A DNA stretch of 47,799 nt from Candidatus Parvarchaeum sp. Lineage in GTDB: Archaea; Nanobdellota; Nanobdellia; Parvarchaeales; Parvarchaeaceae. Below the pieces are notes generated by a model. The model did not search any database, had not been told where the DNA came from, and was given only the letters and a program-made list of their open reading frames with translations. The stretch covers positions 1 to 47,799 of the forward strand of contig JBMFWF010000007.1 of assembly GCA_049965555.1 (NCBI GenBank). The letters are read 5' to 3'. Below, piece by piece: positions 9,955 through 19,994 of the stretch (positions are counted from its first letter, which is position 1; every line of letters begins with the position of its first letter). The position numbers and the translations under genes are program-made.

Positions 9955-10336
9955 ATTTTGTATTATAAGCCTTTTTATAGTAAAAATCTAAAACATGCCT
10001 AAAGTCCATAAATTCTGTAAATGTGTCTGCCCTTATTGAATAAAAAAGATCTTTGTCGGATAAGAATAGCACCTTGCCTTCTTTTAATACTCTAAATCTG
10101 ACAGCTATAGGTAAATCGGAAAAAAATGACACTTGCACCTTTTCATTTGATTTTGCATATAAGTTAATCTTATCATCTTTTGATATCTTATAGTCTATAA
10201 CACAAATGTCTATGTCACTAATAGGTGTTTGCTTTTTCTTAGCATATGACCCAAAAAGCAAAACAGCTACAACTCCCTTTGTTTTTTTTGCTGAATCTAC
10301 CAATTTATCTATAACCCTTTTATCCAGCTTATCCAT
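9944..10336 (-). CDS. Minimal nucleotidyltransferase (MntA) antitoxin
   Basis: FGSYAK..SDIDIC (GSX10DXD). Confidence 0.88.
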   Translation of the reverse strand: MDKLDKRVIDKLVDSAKKTKGVVAVLLFGSYAKKKQTPISDIDICVIDYKISKDDKINLYAKSNEKVQVSFFSDLPIAVRFRVLKEGKVLFLSDKDLFYSIRADTFTEFMDFRHVLDFYYKKAYNTKYEI

Positions 10337-10425
10337 AAATTATAAAGGAATAAAACAGATTTAAGCTTATTCTGTAATAATAAGCAAAAGCATTTATTAA
10401 CCTTTGTTTATTAAATATCAATTAT

Positions 10426-10498
10426 GGGCCGATGGCGCAATTGGCAACGCGCTCCCCTTGCACGGGAGAGACTGTGGGTTCAAATCCCATTCGGTCCA
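10426..10498 (+). tRNA. tRNA-Ala(TGC)
   Basis: Cloverleaf, G3:U70 pair, anticodon TGC. Confidence 0.95.
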
Positions 10499-10522
10499 CT
10501 TTATAATAAAACTTAAATTTTT

Positions 10523-11113
10523 ATGGACTATTATATAGAAGGGGAAGAAAAATTCGGAGCCATCTCATCTAAGATATATTCATTCGGATCCAAACGAGGC
10601 CTTAGAAAATTTTATGATTTTATATCAGATGACGTTAAAAAATTGAAGCCAAAAACAATATTAGATGTAGGAGCTGGACCTGGAGATCTTGCTATTATCT
10701 TGAGCAAAATTAAAAAATCAGAGATATACTGCGTTGACCCCTCTGCTTCGATGAAAAGGATAGCTGAGAGAAAATTTGCTAAGAATGGAATAAAAAACGT
10801 AAAATATTGGTTAGGAAGCAGCCGCTACCTTCCATTCAATAAAAAGTTCGATTTGATAGTTACAACCATCTCATTCCATCACTGGAAGGAGAAGGAGAAA
10901 AGCATAAAGTACTTGTTAAAAAAACTAAATAAAAATGGCATTTTTATAATATATGAATTCTGCTATGACAAATTAAACAGAGTTCAAAAGATAATGGTTG
11001 GAAAACACAGTCTTTCTGTCAATGAAGCTGAAAGCTACAAATTTAAAGGATATAAGAAAAAAATTGAAGTTGTCGGCAAAATAATAAAACTATCATTTAC
11101 AAAGGAATCTTAA
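10523..11113 (+). CDS. Class I SAM-dependent methyltransferase
   Basis: ILDVGAGPG, VDPSASM, FDLIV..SFHHW. Confidence 0.9.
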   Translation: MDYYIEGEEKFGAISSKIYSFGSKRGLRKFYDFISDDVKKLKPKTILDVGAGPGDLAIILSKIKKSEIYCVDPSASMKRIAERKFAKNGIKNVKYWLGSSRYLPFNKKFDLIVTTISFHHWKEKEKSIKYLLKKLNKNGIFIIYEFCYDKLNRVQKIMVGKHSLSVNEAESYKFKGYKKKIEVVGKIIKLSFTKES

Positions 11114-11148
11114 AGATATAAATAATAAATTGGTAGATTATAGTTTAG

Positions 11149-11222
11149 GGTCTGGTAGCTTAGCCCGGTGGAGCGTTCGACTGATAATCGAAAGGTCGGG
11201 AGTCCAAATCTCCCCCAGACCA
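11149..11222 (+). tRNA. tRNA-Ile(GAT)
   Basis: GGTCTGG/CCAGACC acceptor stem; TTCGA-CTGATAA-TCGAA anticodon arm; T-loop TCCAAAT. Confidence 0.93.
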
Positions 11223-11315
11223 TTTATTTCTGAAATGTAAAAATTGCACTTTTCTAATTTTTTAGTATAAAACCAAAAAAAATAAGCTTAAATCGATTGA
11301 AAAATTAATATTGAA

Positions 11316-12533
11316 ATGAATTTTATAGTTATAGAAAAGAACACTGCGAAAAATATCGAAAAACAAGCTATAGAGATAGTAGAAAGAAAAGGGCTTGGCC
11401 ATCCTGACTACTTAGCCGATTCAATAGCAGAAAAATTTTCTATTAACCTGTCCAAATATTACATTGAGCACTTTGGCAAGATACTGCATCATAACGTTGA
11501 CAAATTAGAAGTAATAGGTGGAGAAACAAAGCCTGCATTCAACGGAGGAAAGATAATAAAGCCAATAACAATCCTTTTTTCTGGGAGGGCAACAGGAGCT
11601 GTGGACAATCAGGCAATACCCTTAAAGGAAATCGCAGAAAACTCGGCAAAAGACTGGATAAAACATAACATAAGATTTTTAGACCCTGATAAATTGAGAT
11701 ACTTATTTGAAACAAACAATGGCTCCGTGAATCTCGCAGATGCTTTTCAAAGAAACGGCAAACCGGGTTCAAATGATACTTCCTTTGCAGTGGGATATTA
11801 CCCTTTCAGCGTGCTTGAAAGCTTAGTATTTAAAACTGAGAACTATTTGAATTCTAATGAATTTAAATCGAAATTTCAGTTTTCCGGCGAAGACATAAAA
11901 ATAATGGGAGTAAGGCTAAAAAACAAACTAAAAATAACAATAGCGATGGCAATGATAGACCGTTTTATTGCATCTGAAGAGGATTATTTCAACAAGAAAA
12001 AAGAGGTGACAGAAGCGGCATTTTCATACATTAACCAATTAAAAGAAAGGCTAGAAAATGAAAACAACATAAAACAAAAAAGAAAGGTAGAACTTGCAGT
12101 AAACGGCATGGATAAAAAAGGGAGGGGTATAAATGGCTGCTATCTTACAGTAACCGGGCTGAGCGCAGAGAGCGGAGACGACGGTGCTGTTGGCAGAGGC
12201 AATCGTGTAAACGGCTTGATTACTCCTAACAGAACTATGACATTAGAGGCTGCAGCAGGCAAAAACCCTGTGAATCATATAGGAAAGATATACAGCCTTT
12301 TTTCTTTTGATTTAGCAAAAAAAGTATATGATAGATTCGGATTAAAGAACCAGATAAAGATGGTTGGAAGGATAGGCAATGATTTAAGCAAACCTTTAGC
12401 ATTTTCACTGATAACCGAAGAAAAAGTTGACAAAAATCAGAAAAAAGATATAATCAATTTTATAAATGAAGAACTGTCAGGTATAAATGAAATTACAAAC
12501 AAGATAATAGAAGGGAAGTTTAGCGTTTGCTGA
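11316..12533 (+). CDS. mat: Archaeal S-adenosylmethionine synthetase
   Basis: [44 protein letters not shown]. Confidence 0.95.
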   Translation: MNFIVIEKNTAKNIEKQAIEIVERKGLGHPDYLADSIAEKFSINLSKYYIEHFGKILHHNVDKLEVIGGETKPAFNGGKIIKPITILFSGRATGAVDNQAIPLKEIAENSAKDWIKHNIRFLDPDKLRYLFETNNGSVNLADAFQRNGKPGSNDTSFAVGYYPFSVLESLVFKTENYLNSNEFKSKFQFSGEDIKIMGVRLKNKLKITIAMAMIDRFIASEEDYFNKKKEVTEAAFSYINQLKERLENENNIKQKRKVELAVNGMDKKGRGINGCYLTVTGLSAESGDDGAVGRGNRVNGLITPNRTMTLEAAAGKNPVNHIGKIYSLFSFDLAKKVYDRFGLKNQIKMVGRIGNDLSKPLAFSLITEEKVDKNQKKDIINFINEELSGINEITNKIIEGKFSVC

Positions 12534-12538
12534 TTTTT

Positions 12539-13621
12539 ATGGATGAATTTGAAGTACTCAACCTTATAAACTATCTGGAAGGAATAAAGGGGAGGCATAC
12601 GGAGCTTGTCACTGTTTACGTACCGGGAGGTTTCAACTTAGATTTAATACGTTCACAATTGGCGGATGAAAAAAGCACTGCAACGAACATAAAGGACAGA
12701 AACAACAGAAAAAACGTAATAGACGCATTGGAGAAGATAATGAATGAGCTTAAGCTGATACGAACCACTCCTGAAAATGGCCTTGTCATATTCTGCGGCA
12801 ACACCTCTGAAAGAGAGGGCGAACCTGACATAAAGGTATGGGAAATAGTTCCTCCGGTTAAATCAGATATAAGGCTTTACCGATGCGACCAGAGATTTAT
12901 AACTGAACCTTTAAAGCAGATGTATCACCAAGAAAACGCATACGGCTTAATAGTACTTGACTTAAGAGAAGCAACATTTGGTATACTCGAAGGATCAAGG
13001 ATAGACGTTTTAAAGCACATTAAATCCCTGGTGCCAGGAAAATTTTCAAAAGGAGGGCAGTCGGCAATGCGTTTCTCAAGAGAAAGAGAAGGATTAATAA
13101 AAGATTTTTATAAGGAGATAGCAGACACCGCAAAAGATTTGTTCTTTAACAAGGAGCTAAAAGGGATAATAATCGGCGGGCCCGGGCCTGCAAAAGACAA
13201 TTTCATAGAAAGCGGCTATCTTATAACCAATTTAAAAAACTTAATAAAAGGAGTAAGGAGCATAAGTTACACTGATGAAAGCGGACTGCGTGAATTAGTA
13301 GAAAAAAGCAAAGACATACTTGCAAACGAAAGGATAACTATAGAGAAAGGGTATGTTCAGAAGCTATTAAGCAGCATAGCCAGAAATGACAACCTCTCTG
13401 CATATGGAGAAGAGGCAGTTAGAAAGGAACTGGAAAGTGATAATGTTGACGTCCTTTTGATCTCTACTGGCTTAGAGGAAAGCAAAAGAAATGAATTCTA
13501 CTACCTTGGAAAGGGAAAAAACGTTGATGTTGAGCTCATATCAAAGGATTCCAGCGATGGACAGCAGCTTTTCAACCTGGGGGGTTTAGCCGCATTTCTT
13601 AAACGTCCCTCAAGGCAGTGA
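12539..13621 (+). CDS. prf1: Peptide chain release factor aRF1
   Basis: GRHTELVTVY, NIKD, YRCD, GGQS; ATG at 12539. Confidence 0.95.
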   Translation: MDEFEVLNLINYLEGIKGRHTELVTVYVPGGFNLDLIRSQLADEKSTATNIKDRNNRKNVIDALEKIMNELKLIRTTPENGLVIFCGNTSEREGEPDIKVWEIVPPVKSDIRLYRCDQRFITEPLKQMYHQENAYGLIVLDLREATFGILEGSRIDVLKHIKSLVPGKFSKGGQSAMRFSREREGLIKDFYKEIADTAKDLFFNKELKGIIIGGPGPAKDNFIESGYLITNLKNLIKGVRSISYTDESGLRELVEKSKDILANERITIEKGYVQKLLSSIARNDNLSAYGEEAVRKELESDNVDVLLISTGLEESKRNEFYYLGKGKNVDVELISKDSSDGQQLFNLGGLAAFLKRPSRQ

Positions 13622-13661
13622 TGCACAAAAGGATTAAATATGTTCAGCTCCAGAAAAACTT

Positions 13662-14234
13662 ATGGACCTGACAATAAATGACAGCAAAAGCATAAAAAGA
13701 GCTGTAAGCGAGACCCTCTCCAAATATCTTGAACCTGAAGACAAGGAAAGAGTTTATAGCTACCTCCTAATGAAAAATGAGAAAACTGGCAACTTGATAC
13801 ACGCACTAAATAGCCTTCTTTCAAAAACAGAATATTACAGGAAGATAAAAGAGATAATAGAAAGAATAAATGATGAGCTTTCGTCAAAACTTGCAGTAGA
13901 GATTAATGCAAAGGACATACATTTAAAAGAAGATGAAAGCTTTGTATTGTCTGTAAAAATAACAAACAACTTTGACATACCTTTGGTTTTTGAAATAAAA
14001 CTTGAAGACAGAGATAACTTCCTTCCAATAATATATGATAGAATACAGGATTCTTATTTCAATGAATTCTCCGAAGAAAGGATAATAGACAGCGAAGAAA
14101 CGAAAGAGATAAAATTCAAGATAGCAAGCAACGAAAAAGCAAAAAAAGGGTCTACGCTTCTTTTTCTAGTTGTAAAATCAAAAGAGATAGAAGGATTTAA
14201 CCTTATATCAAGGATAAAGGTAGAGATCGCTTAA
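13662..14234 (+). CDS. Hypothetical protein
   Basis: 190-aa ORF with host-like composition; helical N-half, beta-rich C-half. Confidence 0.7.
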   Translation: MDLTINDSKSIKRAVSETLSKYLEPEDKERVYSYLLMKNEKTGNLIHALNSLLSKTEYYRKIKEIIERINDELSSKLAVEINAKDIHLKEDESFVLSVKITNNFDIPLVFEIKLEDRDNFLPIIYDRIQDSYFNEFSEERIIDSEETKEIKFKIASNEKAKKGSTLLFLVVKSKEIEGFNLISRIKVEIA

Positions 14235-14347
14235 GCCCTTTGATTTATAAGCTTGTAAAGCCTAGCTTCAAATTTATTTTCATCTTTTCTGTTTTTTCTT
14301 GCGCTTTTCCTTTTCAAAGCCAATTTTTTCCTTAAAAGATTTGCCAT
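14231..14347 (-). CDS. Small basic protein (38 aa), not in ORF track
   Basis: MANLLRKKLALKRKSARKNRKDENKFEARLYKLINQRA*. ATG is 1 nt after the endA stop; fills the gap exactly. Confidence 0.6.
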   Translation of the reverse strand: MANLLRKKLALKRKSARKNRKDENKFEARLYKLINQRA

Positions 14348-14348
14348 A

Positions 14349-14882
14349 TCACATCCTCACCCAATTAACCTCATAGTAGGTAACTGAACCTTCGTCATCA
14401 ACTACCCCCATAAGGAGCCTTTTTCTTACGCTATGAGCTACCCTATTCATCGCTGAAAAGTTCAGCAGCGTAAGGCGTTCATGCTCATCAGAGCAGTAAA
14501 GTATCCATTCAGCATGTTCTTTGCCTGGAATAGATCCTTTGTTATACACTCTAAAATCGCCACCGTATTTAAATGCTGTCTTTGGCAGGTAGCCCATATT
14601 CCTAAGGTCAGTAAAAACTAGATACCTTGTCCAGAACCTCTTTTGCTTCTTTTTTGCTATTTCAACTAATTCATGGAACTTCAATTCCTTCCCTTCCTTG
14701 TTGTATATTTTAAGCTCCTTTCTTTCATTCAAATAAATTGCTTCTTCTAAAGACAATTCCAACTTACCATTAACGAATGCTCCGAAACTGCCTTTGTTAA
14801 ATAGAGTAGAAGCTAAAGCTTGGTCACTTACTATGACCTTGCTACCAACAAACACGGTCTGTCTTTCCACTGGTTTTTTCAT
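14349..14882 (-). CDS. endA: tRNA-intron endonuclease (single-unit, alpha4 size)
   Basis: LSLEEAIYL, FKYGGDFRVY, EHAEW, RVAHSVRK (Y/H/K triad). Confidence 0.93.
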   Translation of the reverse strand: MKKPVERQTVFVGSKVIVSDQALASTLFNKGSFGAFVNGKLELSLEEAIYLNERKELKIYNKEGKELKFHELVEIAKKKQKRFWTRYLVFTDLRNMGYLPKTAFKYGGDFRVYNKGSIPGKEHAEWILYCSDEHERLTLLNFSAMNRVAHSVRKRLLMGVVDDEGSVTYYEVNWVRM

Positions 14883-14943
14883 AGCTACTATAAAGGATAG
14901 CAGTATATTTATTTATATAAATAGAAACATTTAGCTTGTAAAC

Positions 14944-15669
14944 ATGGAAATTAAGGAAGGAGATATATACATTTGCAAGGTCAGAAAATTATTACAGCAC
15001 GGCATAATTGTAACCATAGGAAACGAAGAAAAGGAGGGGTTTATACACATATCTGAACTTAGCAAGCGGTGGGTCAGAGACGTAAAGGATGTTGCCAAGG
15101 AAGGAGATGTATTAGTCTGCAAGGTGATTACTCTGGGCCAGTCTCCAGAATTATCAATAAAAAGAGTAACGGACAGCGAAAAAAGAGAGGCTTTAAGGGA
15201 ATGGTCAATAGAAAACAGACTTATAAAGCTTATTGAAAAATTCTACAAAAAGGATACTAATAAACTTAGGGAGCAGATTATAAAAAAATATGGCTCTATC
15301 TTCAATTTCTATGAAGCAATTTCCAAAAATGGAAAAGAGGAATTAGAGGAATTAAAATTAAACAAGGAGATAACCGCTGAACTTCTTGATTTCATTGAAA
15401 AAACAAAGAAGAAGGTTGTCATAAAAAACCAGCTTGAACTAAGAACGTACGAAGAGAATGGCGTAGAGAAAATAAAGCAGGTGCTGAATGAATGCGCTAA
15501 AACAAAAGGTGTTTCTATAAAATACATAAAAGCGCCAGTTTACATAATGACGATAGATATGGGCGACACGAAAAAGACATTAAATGAAAATAAAAAACTG
15601 CTTGAACTTATAAGCAAAAAAAGCAAGTCGTCAAACATTGAGTTCAAATACACAGAAATAAGGCAGTAA
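14944..15669 (+). CDS. eif2a: Translation initiation factor aIF2 alpha
   Basis: S1 domain EGFIHISELSKRWVR, ELSIKRV, YIKAPVY; followed by nop10. Confidence 0.9.
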   Translation: MEIKEGDIYICKVRKLLQHGIIVTIGNEEKEGFIHISELSKRWVRDVKDVAKEGDVLVCKVITLGQSPELSIKRVTDSEKREALREWSIENRLIKLIEKFYKKDTNKLREQIIKKYGSIFNFYEAISKNGKEELEELKLNKEITAELLDFIEKTKKKVVIKNQLELRTYEENGVEKIKQVLNECAKTKGVSIKYIKAPVYIMTIDMGDTKKTLNENKKLLELISKKSKSSNIEFKYTEIRQ

Positions 15670-15670
15670 A

Positions 15671-15847
15671 ATGGAAAGAATAAGATTCTGCATGAATTGC
15701 GATAGATACACTCTTAAAAAAATATGCCCGGAATGCGGGAAAGAAACCGAGATAAATGCTCCACAGAAATACTCGAAAGATGAGACTGTTGCTTATTACA
15801 GAAGGAGAATAAAAAAGGAGTCATTGAACAGACATGAAAGTAACTAA
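15671..15847 (+). CDS. nop10: H/ACA RNP protein Nop10 (58 aa), not in ORF track
   Basis: MERIRFCMNCDRYTLKKICPECGKETEINAPQKYSKDETVAYYRRR; canonical position after aIF2-alpha. Confidence 0.9.
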   Translation: MERIRFCMNCDRYTLKKICPECGKETEINAPQKYSKDETVAYYRRRIKKESLNRHESN

Positions 15848-16994
15848 TGTAAAATCCGTTTATTATGAGATAGTAAAGCACAAAAACGAAATTAAAAAGA
15901 TTGTTGACTACGTTAAGAAAGGAGATATAAACGGTTTTACACCCCCGTCTGCACTTGTGGGGGAGTATAACTATCCAAATGTGTCGGTAGGAGTAATATT
16001 CACAGAGGACAACAAAGCCCAAGTATATGATGCACCAAAATTATGGGCCGCACAAAACTTTAAAGTAGAGGATGTATTCTCACTAAGAACAAAACTTGTA
16101 AACGCTTCAAAAAACTTCAATGTAAATAACATAGATTTAGAAGAATTAGAAAGAATAAGGTTAGCAGTGATATCATCAAATGAGCTCAATGTAGACTTAA
16201 AGGTATCCAGTATAAACCTGCCGAAGATAGACAAAAATGAATTTTATCAACACGGTATAAAGACTAAGCTTGAAAAATTTAAGATAAATGATAATTTTAA
16301 GGTAGACCAGAGAATAGAGAAAATTTACTATGATAAGGACATGAAGGCAGAAGAAGGAATAAAATTCCTATATAATTCGAAAATAGATGAAAACAAGATA
16401 AGCAAGATGTTAAGCGTAGGAGCTATGGGAGTAAAGAGAAAGCTTGTGCCGACAAAATGGTCTATAACAGCAGTTGATGACTCACTTGGAAAAGAGGAAA
16501 TTGAAAAAGTTAAGGAATTCAAGAAAGGGGAGGATTACAAGGTACAGACTGGCCAGTTCCTTGGAAATCGCTTTACATTCTTGTTCTTAAAAGGCCCTTG
16601 GTCGTTTGAGCTCCTTGAGACCTGGAACAGGGATGCAAACACTGTTTTTATGGGCAGCGGAGACTATGAATTTTACAGCGGGAGAAAAGAATATGTAAAG
16701 AATACAGCCGGTGCGTACTATGCAATAAGGCTTGCAGTCCTTGAAAAGCTCCTTCAGTTAAAAGAGCAGTATTCTGTACTTGTTGTAAGGGAGATACTGC
16801 CAGAGTACTTTGTTCCCCTAGGTGTTTGGGTTGTGAGAGAAGGTGCTAGAAAAGTACTTGAAGGCGAGAGTATATCCGCTACAGATTTGCAGGAGGCTTT
16901 AATGATTGCTAAGTCCAAGATTTTATTCCCTGCAAACCTTGAGAGGAGAAGCAAGCTTATAAGCATGCTTAAAAGCCAGACAACTTTAATTTAA
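15834..16994 (+). CDS. nreA: Nre-family DNA repair protein (DUF650/DUF651)
   Basis: TPPSALVGEYNYP, RKLVPTKWSITAVD, GAYYA.RLAVLE, PLGVWVVRE, C-terminal PIP-like QTTL. Confidence 0.88.
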   Translation: MKVTNVKSVYYEIVKHKNEIKKIVDYVKKGDINGFTPPSALVGEYNYPNVSVGVIFTEDNKAQVYDAPKLWAAQNFKVEDVFSLRTKLVNASKNFNVNNIDLEELERIRLAVISSNELNVDLKVSSINLPKIDKNEFYQHGIKTKLEKFKINDNFKVDQRIEKIYYDKDMKAEEGIKFLYNSKIDENKISKMLSVGAMGVKRKLVPTKWSITAVDDSLGKEEIEKVKEFKKGEDYKVQTGQFLGNRFTFLFLKGPWSFELLETWNRDANTVFMGSGDYEFYSGRKEYVKNTAGAYYAIRLAVLEKLLQLKEQYSVLVVREILPEYFVPLGVWVVREGARKVLEGESISATDLQEALMIAKSKILFPANLERRSKLISMLKSQTTLI

Positions 16995-17716
16995 GCTATA
17001 AGCTTGAAATGGATAAGTATTCTATTTAGGGTTATCGAGGTTATAAATGTTATTATAAGATAAGTCCAGTACCAATTGAGCTCATTACCTATCAGAGGCA
17101 AGCTGAATGGTAGTTTTGTAACTATGAATGTGTTTGGTATAAACTCCACCTTTGACGAATTAAGTGTTATTGTCTGAACTTTTGATTGACCTACCAATGA
17201 AAAAGATTTGTTGTATACCTTTCCGCTAGTTGAAAGTAAAAGTGTGCATGTTCCGCTCTTTGTTATATTTGCAGTCATCTTAAGTGAAGTATCATTTGAA
17301 AATATCGAGATCGAGATATTATTATGGCCATTGAAAGTTATGCAATTATTCGCAGAAAAAAGGGTTCCGTTTATGTTTCCTGAAAAGGTGGCAGTTATTG
17401 GCGAACCGAGAGCTACAGGAGCATAACTAAAGTAGGAAGACATTAAAAGGAAAACTATCAAAAAGGGAACGAAAGTTATGAAGGTTGGCTTCATTGACTG
17501 TTTCATTATCTTGGAGTTTTCCGACATTAGTTCGCTGTAAGTAGGCTTGAATTCAGGGTGATCCGGCTTCATACCTTTCATCTTCTGCTGCAGTTCCTTT
17601 ATTCTTGCCTTGCTTGCTCTAACCAGTTCATGATCAACTATAAAAAGGTAGGCTATTTGACCAGAAGCACCTACAGCTATTGAGATCAATATTACAGCGA
17701 TGACATCTATATTCAT
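16991..17716 (-). CDS. DUF106/EMC3-TMCO1 (Oxa1 superfamily) membrane protein
   Basis: TM-coiled coil-QSMKPTFITFVPF..WYWTY; downstream of secY. Confidence 0.85.
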   Translation of the reverse strand: MNIDVIAVILISIAVGASGQIAYLFIVDHELVRASKARIKELQQKMKGMKPDHPEFKPTYSELMSENSKIMKQSMKPTFITFVPFLIVFLLMSSYFSYAPVALGSPITATFSGNINGTLFSANNCITFNGHNNISISIFSNDTSLKMTANITKSGTCTLLLSTSGKVYNKSFSLVGQSKVQTITLNSSKVEFIPNTFIVTKLPFSLPLIGNELNWYWTYLIITFITSITLNRILIHFKLIA

Positions 17717-17755
17717 ATCCTTTAATTTATTTTCTTATAGTAAATAAACTTATCT

Positions 17756-19153
17756 TTACTCCATGGCATTGCCGACAAGCTTGTCTTTTATAGGCTTGAA
17801 TTCCTCACCATTATCTTGCTGCAGTGAGAAGTAGAACTGGTAGATTATCATTACGATAAGAAGGATACCTATGCCCTCTGTTAATGTATTCAGAAAAGTC
17901 GCAAGAGCTGCAACTAAGCCAGTAAGTGCTCCCCCCAATATGGCTAGAGGGATTATGTATCTTTTAAATATGTCTATTAGCACCCTTTCATCCCTCCTAA
18001 AGCCCGGCATTGACAAACCGGATTCCATAAGCTGCTTTACGACAGACCTTGGGTCCTGTCCGCCGAGATACATCCATACATAGGAAAATGCAGCAGCACC
18101 GACTACAAGTATAACTGTGTAAATAATCATAGATTCTATTTCCAATGCTGTTATTCCTGTTGTTACCGCACTTGTGTAAAGCTGCTGTATTGTTGGGGGC
18201 GAAAGGTAAGCTGCCAAGCCGCCTGTTGCAACTTCTTGTGTACCGAACGTTGTAGACTCAGTAGTAAATGTGCCCAGTATATTTATTCCAGCATGTGAAA
18301 GGGTAAGACCGAAAAACTGTATTCCTGCAACCATTGAAACTATCAAAACAATAGGGATTATACTCGTATAAAACAGGGAAACGGGCCACCTTATAGAATA
18401 GCCTCTTAATCTTCCAAAAGAGAGAGGGAGTTCAACCTTTATTGATTGAAGCCAGATGGCAACTGCAAACAATGCAACTGTAGATATAACTGTTATTATT
18501 GGGAACACCGCATTCAAAGGTATCCCAGCAATAAATGCTTCTATTATTGATGGTATCGCTCCAACTGGAGTTATAAAGGGATTAAATGCCGTGTTTATAA
18601 GCTGCAGAGATATGCCTGCAAGTATGAAAAGGCTTATTCCTGAGCCTATACCCCACTTGCTTACAACCTCATCCATGAAAAGAAGTATGATGCCGGCTAC
18701 AAAAAGCTGTATGAACATGACTACTGGATAAAATAAACCAGGGCCAGCAGGAGTAAGAGCTCCACTGAATACGTAAACACCATTTTCTATTGCGATGAAA
18801 GCAAAGGCAGCAAGCTTCTGTATTCCTTGAAAAGTGACTCTGCCTTCCTTTGTTGCTGTGTCTATATTTATTATCTTTGTCCCTTGAAGCATTTGTATTA
18901 TAATGCTGGCACTCACTATTGGCCCTATCCCTAGGGAAAGCAATGAACCAAAGTGTGAAGCTATAAGCACCTGAAGTATCTCAAAACTAAGACTGTATGA
19001 TTTGCTTACGCCGAATAATGGAACGAATGACATCACTATAAAAAGGACTACTATGACAAAGGTCCATTCCAGTTTCGTCTTCAAATCTAGCTTTTTTTCC
19101 GGAACTGTCACTGCTGGTAAATTGGAAATGAATTTCTTCAATTTCTCATTCAT
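17756..19153 (-). CDS. secY: Preprotein translocase SecY
   Basis: LGIGPIVSASII, DEVVSKWGIGSGISLFI, PGFRRD. Confidence 0.97.
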   Translation of the reverse strand: MNEKLKKFISNLPAVTVPEKKLDLKTKLEWTFVIVVLFIVMSFVPLFGVSKSYSLSFEILQVLIASHFGSLLSLGIGPIVSASIIIQMLQGTKIINIDTATKEGRVTFQGIQKLAAFAFIAIENGVYVFSGALTPAGPGLFYPVVMFIQLFVAGIILLFMDEVVSKWGIGSGISLFILAGISLQLINTAFNPFITPVGAIPSIIEAFIAGIPLNAVFPIITVISTVALFAVAIWLQSIKVELPLSFGRLRGYSIRWPVSLFYTSIIPIVLIVSMVAGIQFFGLTLSHAGINILGTFTTESTTFGTQEVATGGLAAYLSPPTIQQLYTSAVTTGITALEIESMIIYTVILVVGAAAFSYVWMYLGGQDPRSVVKQLMESGLSMPGFRRDERVLIDIFKRYIIPLAILGGALTGLVAALATFLNTLTEGIGILLIVMIIYQFYFSLQQDNGEEFKPIKDKLVGNAME

Positions 19154-19547
19154 ATATCTCGCCGCCGTTGGCTAATATATCATCCTTAGCCTTTACGGAG
19201 GCCTTTCCATACACAGCCAACTTAAATTTCTCGTTACTAAATTTACCGCATACTTTAGAATAGCCTAATTCTTTAAGGTTAATTTCATACTTATCATTGT
19301 CCATCTTTATTTTTCCTTTGTTTTTAAGTGACTCTATCAGCCTGCCTACATCTCTTAGGTTCAAAGGCACCTTCTTAATGCCTGAATAACTATAAGTATG
19401 GGTATTCGCACGGAAAGAAATCATCTTCTGCTGCCCTCTTTTTCCTCCGCCCGCCTTGCCTACTCCGCCTCTGTTTCCGGCGTGTCTTGTTCTTTTACCT
19501 GATCCTCTTCCAGCGGTAGAGCTTCCTCTCAAATGTTTTCTTTTCAT
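19146..19547 (-). CDS. rpl15: Ribosomal protein uL15
   Basis: RGSSTAGRG..GNRGGVGKAG; position before secY. Confidence 0.93.
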   Translation of the reverse strand: MKRKHLRGSSTAGRGSGKRTRHAGNRGGVGKAGGGKRGQQKMISFRANTHTYSYSGIKKVPLNLRDVGRLIESLKNKGKIKMDNDKYEINLKELGYSKVCGKFSNEKFKLAVYGKASVKAKDDILANGGEIYE

Positions 19548-19993
19548 ATCATCCTGTTTAAAAGTTCATTTATTTTATCCCCTCTATAACCGAACGAACC
19601 CTTTAGGGAAAATGGCGCTTTTTTGCCTTTCCTCTCAAAGCCTTTTATAGGAGGATGCAGATTAAATAGATTTTTAATGCCTAAATCTGCTATCTTTTTC
19701 TCACCTTTAAGGAAAGACTCTGAAAATGAATTTATATCTTGTTCCTTTGCTTCTATCTTCTTTTTATTGCTTATTCTTCCTCTCTTTAACAATAGTTTAG
19801 ACAAAGTCTTTGCGTCTATCTCGCCGTAAGTCACCACACTATCTATTATATTAAGTATTCCTTTATTTTGTGGAGAGTTATCAAGTATTACGCAGGAGTA
19901 AAGCTTTTTAAGTCCAAGTGCCTTTAAGCCATCCTTTATGGCCTTGTTTTTCCCTATGTCTGTCCTTATCTTTATAACTGCAAGTTTTTCCAT
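19544..19993 (-). CDS. rpl30: Ribosomal protein uL30
   Basis: VTYGEID, LHPPIKGF, GYRGDKINELLNRMI. Confidence 0.95.
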   Translation of the reverse strand: MEKLAVIKIRTDIGKNKAIKDGLKALGLKKLYSCVILDNSPQNKGILNIIDSVVTYGEIDAKTLSKLLLKRGRISNKKKIEAKEQDINSFSESFLKGEKKIADLGIKNLFNLHPPIKGFERKGKKAPFSLKGSFGYRGDKINELLNRMI

Positions 19994-19994
19994 T

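Noticed and set aside
10426-11222. rRNA operon spacer (Ala-TGC and Ile-GAT tRNAs)
   Set aside because: No rRNA sequence flanks them; each has its own TATA-like upstream sequence.
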